The position numbers and the translations under genes are program-made. Shown here one piece after another: positions 53,907 to 64,000 of a stretch of 64,000 nt of DNA (positions within the stretch are counted from its first letter, which is position 1; every line of letters starts with the position of its first letter). The stretch is from Methanoregula sp. (lineage in GTDB: Archaea; Halobacteriota; Methanomicrobia; Methanomicrobiales; Methanospirillaceae). The stretch spans positions 4,137-68,136 of the forward strand of contig JAUSBW010000271.1 of assembly GCA_030651815.1 (NCBI GenBank), read 5' to 3'. The notes under the pieces were generated by a model. That model did not search any database. It worked only from the letters and a program-made list of their open reading frames with translations, and was not told the DNA's origin.

Positions 53907-55706
53907 ATGCCGGACACGAATGATACTCTAATTAATCTCTCCTTCTCGATGCACTCAGGCCCGGGAACATTTGCCCTCCTTCTTGGTTCTGGGATCTCAC
54001 AGGGTGCTGAAATTCCTACAGGATGGGAGATTGTTTGTGACTTAATTCGTAAGCTGGCGACTCTCGAAGGAGAACCAGATATCGATAATCCTGAACCGTG
54101 GTTTGAGGAAAAATATCATGAAGCGCCTAAGTATTCTTTCCTGATAGAAAAAGTCGCTCCATCTCCAACTGCCCGACAAAACCTGTTGAAACAATATATC
54201 GAACCTACCGATTCGCAACGAGAACAAGGGTCGAAGGTTCCCTCTCAATCTCATAAGTCAATTGCACAACTCGTGAAAAATGGAACGATTCGAGTCATCC
54301 TGACAACAAATATTGATCGATTACTCGAAACCGCTTTGGGGGAAGTGGGTATTACACCAGTTGTTATTTTTAATGATGATTCTCTCGAAGGTGCGATGCC
54401 CTACGTTCATTCTCCGTGTACAATCATCAAACTTCACGGCGATTACCTGGACACCCGGATTAAAAATACTCCCGACGAGCTTGCCAAATATAGCGAGAAG
54501 ATGAACACCTGTCTCGACAGAATTTTTGATGAATTTGGCCTGGTAATATGCGGCTGGTCTGCAAAGTGGGACATCGCTCTGCGAGATGCACTTTACCGGC
54601 GGCAGAACAGACGGTTCTCTTCCTATTGGGCGTACCCACGAAATTTGAGTTCCGAGGCATCGGACTTGAAAGATCATCTTCAAGCTATACCTTTGCAAAT
54701 CGAAACTTCTGACAATTTTTTCCAGAAACTTTCGGAAAATATCGGGGCATTGCAAACATTTGAACGTCCCCATCCTCTTTCTGTTCCGCTTGCAGTTGCA
54801 CAGGTGAAAAAATATCTTTCAGAAAATAAGTACCAAATTCAGCTTCATGATTTCATTCAAGAGGAAACGAATTACCTTTGCGATCAATTAAGATCTGAAC
54901 GATTCAACATTAAAAACCTGCAAATACAAAAAGGTCAATATAAACCGATTTTTCAAAACCGGATGCATGAATATGAAGAATTGTTGAAAATGCCAATGGG
55001 AATTTTTACTACTTATGTATATTTTGGCACAAACCATTCCCCAAAGCCGATTGTTGATGCAATGGAAAGACTTCTTCAAAAACCTTACACCGAAGGACTG
55101 GTAATATTTGTCAATCTTCAACATTATCCGGCGCTTCTTTTAAACTACTCAGTTGGGATTGCTGCTTTAGAAGCAGAAAATTTTGGTGCTCTGTTCTCTC
55201 TATTATCAAAACCAATTAGTAATGAAAATGGAAGACCGGAGAATTCACTTAAACATCTTCAGGCTGGGTATATTTTTGGTTCTGATGCAACAAAATTAGT
55301 TCCAACTCCCCAGGAAGATATTGACTATTATACTCCTGTGAGCGATTATGTTCATGGATTTCTTGGAGAACAGTTAAAGGATTTGATTCCCGATTCAAGA
55401 AAATTTGATAAAACATTTGATCTCTTCGAATATCTGGTCGGATTGATATTCGTCGATCAAAACTTCCAGGATTTAACAAATGCAAGGCTTTACGGCCCCG
55501 TTGGAAGGTTTAAGTGGAAATACAGACTGTATGGTTTGGCGGACAGACCTTCTCCGATAGAAGAATTCTTTCAACGGGGGATTTCTCAAGGAAATAATTG
55601 GGGCTTGTTACATGCAGGATTTTTTAATGGATCGGTTGAACGTTTATCGGCGTGTAAAACTGCATATGACACGTATCTGAATTCGGTTGGCCAACATTGG
55701 CTTTAA
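53907..55706 (+). CDS. SIR2_2-family protein with a ~330-aa uncharacterised C-terminal region
   Basis: LLLGSGISQGAEIPTGWEI, ILTTNIDRLLE and IIKLHGDY motifs of the SIR2-like (SIR2_2) NADase/deacetylase fold. A GTG at 53898 is an alternative start. Confidence 0.8.
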   Translation: MPDTNDTLINLSFSMHSGPGTFALLLGSGISQGAEIPTGWEIVCDLIRKLATLEGEPDIDNPEPWFEEKYHEAPKYSFLIEKVAPSPTARQNLLKQYIEPTDSQREQGSKVPSQSHKSIAQLVKNGTIRVILTTNIDRLLETALGEVGITPVVIFNDDSLEGAMPYVHSPCTIIKLHGDYLDTRIKNTPDELAKYSEKMNTCLDRIFDEFGLVICGWSAKWDIALRDALYRRQNRRFSSYWAYPRNLSSEASDLKDHLQAIPLQIETSDNFFQKLSENIGALQTFERPHPLSVPLAVAQVKKYLSENKYQIQLHDFIQEETNYLCDQLRSERFNIKNLQIQKGQYKPIFQNRMHEYEELLKMPMGIFTTYVYFGTNHSPKPIVDAMERLLQKPYTEGLVIFVNLQHYPALLLNYSVGIAALEAENFGALFSLLSKPISNENGRPENSLKHLQAGYIFGSDATKLVPTPQEDIDYYTPVSDYVHGFLGEQLKDLIPDSRKFDKTFDLFEYLVGLIFVDQNFQDLTNARLYGPVGRFKWKYRLYGLADRPSPIEEFFQRGISQGNNWGLLHAGFFNGSVERLSACKTAYDTYLNSVGQHWL

Positions 55707-55726
55707 TTAATAATTTTTCGAGGAAT

Positions 55727-57022
55727 ATGAAATATTCAAATGATGTTCCTGATGGATATAAGGCAACGGAGTTAGGTGTGTTACCGGAGGAGTGGGATAT
55801 CATAGCCATTGGTAAATTTGCATCCTCTAAATCTGGGGGTACACCATCCACATTAAAGGAAGAATATTGGAAAAATGGGACTGTTCCATGGGTAAATTCA
55901 GGAGCTCTCAAAGATAATTTTGTAAATCAACCGAGTACTTTGATTACAAAGCTTGGATTAGAGAATAGTTCTGCAAAGTTATTTCCAAAAAAAACCGTTC
56001 TAATTGCATTAACTGGTGCAACAACCGGTAGGGTTGGGATATTAGATATTGAATCTTCAACAAATCAGTCAGTTGTCGGAATTTTACCTAATTCAAAATT
56101 TATTTCAGAATTTTTGTTTTATACCTTAATGTATTCTAGAGAGCAAGTATTGAAATTGTGTACAGGAGCTGCCCAGCCTCACATCAACAAAGCGATTGTT
56201 GAGAATTTCCTCGTTCCCTTTCCCCCGCTCCCCGAACAGCACGCCATCTCCACCACCCTTCGCACCTTGCAGGAAGCAAAGGAGAAAACCGAAGATGTGA
56301 TCGCAGCGACAAAGGCGCTCAAAGCGGCGATGATGAAGCACCTGTTCAGGTACGGTCCGTTACCTACGGAACTGGCGGAGCGGGTGGCGATAAGGGAAAC
56401 CGAGATCGGACAGGTGCCGGAGGGGTGGGATCTTCAGCCTTTAGGCAATATATCAAAAATTTCTTCTGGAGGTACTCCGAGCAGAACTGAGCCAAGTTAT
56501 TGGAATGGAGAAATTCCATGGATCAGGACTGGAGAAATCAATTATTCGATAATTGAAAAAACTGAAGAAAAAATTACCAAAGCGGGGCTAGATAATTCAT
56601 CAACTCGAATTGTTCCCAAAGGTACTCTCTTGATGGCAATGTATGGTGAGGGAGTTACTCGTGGTCGGGTTGGAATTACGGGAATTGACGCATCGATAAA
56701 TCAAGCAGTGGCAGCAATATTTCCTTCAGAAAAATTGTTAACGCCTTTTCTTTATTACTACCTCGAATTTAGTTACGAAAAAAATCGATTGCTTGGACAT
56801 GGCGCTCATCAGAGGAATTTAAGCGCAACGATCATCAAAACAATTTTAGTTCCAGTTCCTACCGAAAAGACTCAACAACAAATTGTTGAAATCCTTTCTT
56901 CCATCGATCAAAAACTCGCCGCCGAACAATCCCGCAAGGAAGCGCTCGACACCCTGTTCACATCGCTCCTGGACGATCTCATGACCGCGAAAATTCGAGT
57001 CAAACCTGCTGAAATTGCTTAA
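55727..57022 (+). CDS. hsdS: type I restriction-modification system specificity subunit
   Basis: Two target-recognition halves, each starting LGN/IGKF...SGGTPS. Conserved central and C-terminal helices (PPLPEQHAISTTL..., VPTEKTQQQIVEIL...). Confidence 0.9.
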   Translation: MKYSNDVPDGYKATELGVLPEEWDIIAIGKFASSKSGGTPSTLKEEYWKNGTVPWVNSGALKDNFVNQPSTLITKLGLENSSAKLFPKKTVLIALTGATTGRVGILDIESSTNQSVVGILPNSKFISEFLFYTLMYSREQVLKLCTGAAQPHINKAIVENFLVPFPPLPEQHAISTTLRTLQEAKEKTEDVIAATKALKAAMMKHLFRYGPLPTELAERVAIRETEIGQVPEGWDLQPLGNISKISSGGTPSRTEPSYWNGEIPWIRTGEINYSIIEKTEEKITKAGLDNSSTRIVPKGTLLMAMYGEGVTRGRVGITGIDASINQAVAAIFPSEKLLTPFLYYYLEFSYEKNRLLGHGAHQRNLSATIIKTILVPVPTEKTQQQIVEILSSIDQKLAAEQSRKEALDTLFTSLLDDLMTAKIRVKPAEIA

Positions 57023-57047
57023 CCATATTTCAGGAAAATGTGAAAAC

Positions 57048-57251
57048 ATGGACCGCAATCTTCTTCAAATTTTATTAATTCTCGGATTCGTGTTCGTATT
57101 CGGAGGTTTCCAGGGATTATACAATATTAGTATCGCGATCTGGTTTATCCTTGGACTCCTTATCCTTATCATGATCGACTTCTTCATGGGTGACATGATA
57201 ATGGCCGTATTGAAGATCATTTTTCATAAAGTTGTGAAACAAAGACGATAG
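57048..57251 (+). CDS. small membrane protein
   Basis: Two hydrophobic helices (LLQILLILGFVFVFGGF, IAIWFILGLLILIMIDFF). No family recognised. Confidence 0.35.
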   Translation: MDRNLLQILLILGFVFVFGGFQGLYNISIAIWFILGLLILIMIDFFMGDMIMAVLKIIFHKVVKQRR

Positions 57252-57297
57252 AATAGCGATAAAGATATCCTATGATAAATACAACCAATCGTTTAAC

Positions 57298-58323
57298 ATG
57301 ACGCTCTGGATGGTTCGGGCAGGCAAATACGGCGAATGGGAAAACCTTGCTCTGGAAAAAAATATGGCAATTCTGGGGTGGGTGAAAACACCGGACCTCA
57401 CCAATGTTCAAACCCGGGAACAGTTGCGGGAAATTCTGAATAAAGCATATCCGGACGAGAAAAACAGGGCACTCATCAACTTCGAGAGCCAGATATGGCC
57501 CTTCATTCGTGTGATGGAGAAAGGGGATCTTGTTGCAATGCCTCTGAAATCCAGATCTGCAATTGCATTTGGAATAATTGATGGACCTTACATATATCGC
57601 ACGGATCTTCCAGAAAATTCCCGACATACAAGGAAAGTGAACTGGTTCAAGGAAATTCCCCGCGATAAATTCGATCAGGATCTCCTCTATTCCCTCGGGG
57701 CATTCATGACCGTCTGCCGTATTCATCGCAATGATGCCGAAGACCGGATTAAAGCATTACTCGAAGGGAAACCACTCCCGGTAAAAAAACGGGGAACCGG
57801 TAAACAACCTGAAGAGGAAATAGAATCTGAAGATCTTCCTGTTCCTATCGAAGAGATGGCAACTGATGAAATCCGGAAATTCATCAGCAGGAAATTCAGA
57901 GGGCATGAACTGACCCGCCTGGTAGGTGCAATACTTGAGGCACAGGAATATACTACGAACATCTCCCCTCCGGGTGCTGATGGCGGTGTCGATATCATTG
58001 CAGGAAAAGGACCGCTCGGTTTTGATCACCCCCGTCTCGTAGTCCAGGTCAAGTCCAGCGACAGTCCGTGTGATGTGAAGATTGTCCGGGAACTGCAGGG
58101 AGTCATGAAGAATTTCCAGGCCGAACATGGCTTGTTGGTATCATGGGGTGGCTACAGCGGAACGGTACCAAAAGAAACCGCAACCAAATTTTTCGAGATA
58201 CGACTCTGGAATGCGGATGATCTCATTCAGATGATCCAGACCTATTACGATAAAATCCCTGATGAGATCAAAGCGGAACTGCCATTAAAGCGGATCTGGA
58301 TTCTTGTTCCGGAAGAGGAGTGA
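57298..58323 (+). CDS. Mrr-family restriction endonuclease
   Basis: C-terminal Mrr_cat core GADGGVDIIA...LVVQVKS (D...QxK), N-terminal recognition-type domain. Sits between hsdS and hsdR. Confidence 0.85.
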   Translation: MTLWMVRAGKYGEWENLALEKNMAILGWVKTPDLTNVQTREQLREILNKAYPDEKNRALINFESQIWPFIRVMEKGDLVAMPLKSRSAIAFGIIDGPYIYRTDLPENSRHTRKVNWFKEIPRDKFDQDLLYSLGAFMTVCRIHRNDAEDRIKALLEGKPLPVKKRGTGKQPEEEIESEDLPVPIEEMATDEIRKFISRKFRGHELTRLVGAILEAQEYTTNISPPGADGGVDIIAGKGPLGFDHPRLVVQVKSSDSPCDVKIVRELQGVMKNFQAEHGLLVSWGGYSGTVPKETATKFFEIRLWNADDLIQMIQTYYDKIPDEIKAELPLKRIWILVPEEE

Positions 58324-58326
58324 TAC

Positions 58327-61220
<2,894 letters not shown>

Positions 61221-61224
<4 letters not shown>

Positions 61225-61487
61225 TCTCACCGGAATCCTTCAAGCGTTCTGTCGGAGAATGGGCGAAAACCTGCAAGGTTGAAATAAAAGAGATCCACCT
61301 GCGTAAAATGAGGAACAAGTGGGCGAGTTGTTCAAGCAGGGGCCGGTTAACTTTTGACCGTTCAATTTTACGACAATCCAAAAACGAGCGGACAAAAATT
61401 ATTGTTCACGAATTGCTTCACCTGAAATATCCCAATCACGGCAAGATGTTCCGGGCGATGTTGAAAGCGTATACTGCTGACAAATGA
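61221..61487 (+). CDS. short DUF45/YgjP-like (M48-related) metallopeptidase-motif protein
   Basis: WASCSSRGRLTF...IVHELLHLKYPNHGKMF (HExxH). ATGA overlap with hsdR, a common hsdR partner. Confidence 0.65.
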
Positions 61488-61674
61488 ATTGTTTAAGACA
61501 GTCCATTCAATCTAAAAAAACTCTCCCGCTCCAACCGCTCATGATACCGTTTCGAAAACTACCGTTTGATTTTGGGATCGAGAGGGGGAGTGACGCTGAT
61601 AAAAGGATGGGGAAAATTCGAAATCGATGATCATAATGAATATGTGAAAAAACCTATATTGTTGAGAGCTTCCG

Positions 61675-62193
61675 ATGATTAAAATCGTAAGTATGGTAAC
61701 AATTTGCACATTAGATGAACCTCTTGATTTGCTCTATCTGTCTAACAATATTGAAGGGGCCATATTACCTAAAAAACTGGGAAGTTGGGTCAAATATCGA
61801 ATTAAACCAGAAAATTACTATATCGCGTTTTACAAATCTGGAAAATTTCTAATTACCGGTGTAAAATCATTAGAGACAATTAAAAATACTGCACAGCGAG
61901 TTCTAAAAATATTGGATGATGCAGGGGTTCGTAAAAGTATCACGAAAACTGAGATTGTCAACATTGTATGTCTCGGAACGTTGCAACTTAACACCACGCT
62001 GGAAAAAATAGTTTTTCATTTAGATAGCAGCGATGCAAGTTATGAACCGGAAATATTTCCAGGACTAATTTACAAAAAATGGGGTGCAACATTCCTTATA
62101 TTTTCAACAGGGAAGGTAATTATTACAGGTATAAGAGATTTTGAAAAAGCAAAAATAGTATTTGAAAAACTTGAAAAATTATTAAATTTTTAA
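61675..62193 (+). CDS. divergent TATA-box-binding protein (TBP) paralogue
   Basis: Two TBP-like repeats. Repeat 2, IVNIVCLGTL...YEPEIFPGLIYKKWGATFLIFSTGKVIITGIRDFEKA, is close to canonical. Repeat 1, IVSMVTICTL...YIAFYKSGKFLITGVKSLE, lacks the EQFPGL motif. AT-rich. Confidence 0.7.
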   Translation: MIKIVSMVTICTLDEPLDLLYLSNNIEGAILPKKLGSWVKYRIKPENYYIAFYKSGKFLITGVKSLETIKNTAQRVLKILDDAGVRKSITKTEIVNIVCLGTLQLNTTLEKIVFHLDSSDASYEPEIFPGLIYKKWGATFLIFSTGKVIITGIRDFEKAKIVFEKLEKLLNF

Positions 62194-62205
62194 TCGGTCT
62201 TTATT

Positions 62206-64000
62206 TCAGGCGTTGCATCCGATCTCCCTTGCCTTCTCCCTCACCCCCCTCCCGTAACAATGCTCACACAACTTCACCCCAGCCTCCCGGTCAATCCACT
62301 CAGCTCTCACCAACCCACATACCGAACACTTCCCCACATCCGCAGTAACCCGCTCACACCGGGAAGCAACCACCGTCCCCGGCAATGGAACTAAAGCCAT
62401 CTGCTCAACCTTCACCGCCTCATTGAAACACGAGCGGCACACCCGCCGGGCTTCCTGCTTATCCTTTGACCGGGCTCTACGCTCATTGGTATATTTTTCA
62501 ATGAACCAGGAGCCTTTCCTCCCGCAGACATAACACGCGGTCTTTGGTTCCGAAGATTCGAGTTTCTTGTAATCCCGAACATCAATGGACCGGGCCGGTT
62601 CTGGTTTTTCAGCAACGGGTTCTGTTTTCAGCACACTTTCAGCATCTTTCGTACGGCTGCTGAAAGAACCCGGGGCGGAATTTGCCACCGGTTTACCCAA
62701 TTGTGCAGTTCCGGGCAGAGATCGTTTTTCGTTTTCAGCAGATCGCAGATTATGCAGATACTGAGATGAATTCATTTCAGATTTCAAAACACCTGCATTA
62801 TTCCGGTTTTGCTGAAAACCACCTTCTCTTAGTACAGAATTATTTGTACAATCATCTCCTTTGTTGGAATCGGGACCGCAGGAAGCAGCGATCTCATTTT
62901 CAGCAGTTGCTGAAAAACTGCTGAAACCCTGCTGAAACTGCTGAAAATGACCAGCATCATCATCATCGTTCTTCGGATTGCGGTCAAGCCAGCATGCTCC
63001 GCCGTTCTTCCACTGCCGGTAGAGCTCCCGGTCCCATAAAAACGCTTCGGTCCTGCGGCGGACCGAATATCCGTCAGTCTCGGTTACGGTCACCGTCCGG
63101 TCAGTGAATGAAAGGGCCGGGCATTTTTCGAGAAGCCCCGTATAGTTCCTGCCCCGGCTGTCGTAGCCTTTCACCGTTTTGTAAATGCAGGAGTAGGACC
63201 AGCCGGTGAGCCGTTGCAGGTCCTGGATGGTGAATTCCGTCAGAACCGCCTTCTCGATGGTTACAAGCAGGTCCGACTCTTTCTTTGTCATCTTCGATTC
63301 CTGCCCCCCCGCAGTTCCGTTCAGGAGCGTAAAGACTTCAGTTGCCGCAGCGAAATCCGCTTCATCCGCGTACACGCAGAGCGTCCCGTCACTACCGGTC
63401 TTCTGCTGTCGCTGCATGAAGAAGAGGGCCGCATGGCTCTTGATCAGATCGTAGAGCATGTCGGGATTGCGCCGGTTGCTGATTGTCTGGAACCGGATCT
63501 GTGTTGAAAAGGGAATGATCACCCAGATCATCTGCTCGTGCAGGATCTCCCAGATCTCCTTACAGACTGCCAGTTCAGGAGACTCCTCTATGAATGTGTC
63601 CGGGTCCTGTCCCTCCTTCTCCTGCTTTGATGCGAGAACGCGGGCATCCTGATCGGCAGACTCATCAATCCAACAGGTCAGCATCCGGTTCATCACCTGG
63701 TCGTCTCCGGTCCCTTCCTTCTTTGAAATCCACCAGACGCACCGCTCTGGAATCGTGCAGACCCGCGAGGTCAGATCCTTTGTAACAGTAGTGTGTGTGA
63801 TCGGTTCGTTGAAGTTTGAGGTGGCAGACTTCAGGATCTCCTGAATCCCGTCCGACAACTCGGTATCATCACTCATAAGTACCGTGCGGGGCCGGAGATC
63901 TTTCATATAGTAAAGAGCCTTGTTGCTCACTGTGCCATTTACTTTATACCGGTCCGGGACCTGCTGCATCATCTTCTTAAACGCGTGCGTCTTCCCCTTG
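62206..64000 (-). CDS. P-loop NTPase, replication-initiator/helicase-like, with wHTH and C-terminal zinc ribbons (5' end outside window)
   Basis: The frame stays open upstream of the track ATG to the window edge and reads ...KGKTHAFKK (Walker A-like GK[ST]). Walker B-like TVLMSDD. C-terminal CYVCG...CRSC and CSVCG...CEHC. Confidence 0.55.
   Translation of the reverse strand, partial: KGKTHAFKKMMQQVPDRYKVNGTVSNKALYYMKDLRPRTVLMSDDTELSDGIQEILKSATSNFNEPITHTTVTKDLTSRVCTIPERCVWWISKKEGTGDDQVMNRMLTCWIDESADQDARVLASKQEKEGQDPDTFIEESPELAVCKEIWEILHEQMIWVIIPFSTQIRFQTISNRRNPDMLYDLIKSHAALFFMQRQQKTGSDGTLCVYADEADFAAATEVFTLLNGTAGGQESKMTKKESDLLVTIEKAVLTEFTIQDLQRLTGWSYSCIYKTVKGYDSRGRNYTGLLEKCPALSFTDRTVTVTETDGYSVRRRTEAFLWDRELYRQWKNGGACWLDRNPKNDDDDAGHFQQFQQGFSSFSATAENEIAASCGPDSNKGDDCTNNSVLREGGFQQNRNNAGVLKSEMNSSQYLHNLRSAENEKRSLPGTAQLGKPVANSAPGSFSSRTKDAESVLKTEPVAEKPEPARSIDVRDYKKLESSEPKTACYVCGRKGSWFIEKYTNERRARSKDKQEARRVCRSCFNEAVKVEQMALVPLPGTVVASRCERVTADVGKCSVCGLVRAEWIDREAGVKLCEHCYGRGVREKAREIGCNA
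62607..62946. repeat. iteron-like array of the 8-mer TGCTGAAA / TTTCAGCA (11 copies)
   Basis: TTTCAGCA at 62607, 62626, 62637, 62733, 62898. TGCTGAAA at 62658, 62810, 62908, 62919, 62930, 62939. The last four are spaced 11, 11 and 9 nt. 62898-62915 forms an inverted pair. Confidence 0.7.

Overview
Archaeal (euryarchaeal, methanogen-like) chromosomal segment, moderately GC-rich with several visibly AT-rich inserts. About 1-46.7 kb is mostly housekeeping. It holds a DRG GTPase, Trm1, DGGGP synthase, an MtnA-like isomerase, an HdrA-like flavoprotein, PyrBI, a UDP-sugar modification trio, TrmI, NAC, a RecJ-like DHH protein, Nnr and MoaC. It also holds the conserved L15e / RNase P (Rpp30, Pop5) / proteasome alpha / SBDS / L37Ae / RpoP / Pcc1 / prefoldin-beta superoperon (no exosome genes), a LeuA/CimA-type synthase and four tRNAs (Glu, Arg, intron-containing Tyr, Asp). 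Accessory material is interspersed: three VapBC-type and two RelE-type TA pairs, and an AT-rich two-gene ABC-type ATPase + miniature Toprim-like module (17.1-18.7 kb). A diverged ~0.9-kb direct duplication (moaC 3' end + vapBC) brackets relBE + an AAA ATPase (23.4-27.4 kb), and an AT-rich island encodes secreted/Cys-rich proteins (27.6-30.8 kb). From ~46.8 kb to the window end the content is accessory. A 4-gene operon of unknown function has its promoter and first six codons duplicated 2.1 kb away, in front of an XRE-ImmA / frameshifted PIN cassette. A type I R-M system (hsdM/S/R + Mrr + DUF45-like peptidase) carries an embedded PIN-like/ASCH/SIR2 cargo. These are followed by a divergent TBP paralogue and a P-loop replication-type protein, cut by the window edge, whose coding region carries an 11-copy iteron-like 8-mer array. 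No rRNA, CRISPR array, transposase or integrase was seen. The best candidates for an undescribed system are the ATPase/mini-Toprim pair, the ASCH-SIR2 cargo inside the R-M locus, and the 4-gene operon with its shared promoter/operator. All family calls come from motif recognition by eye, not database searches.
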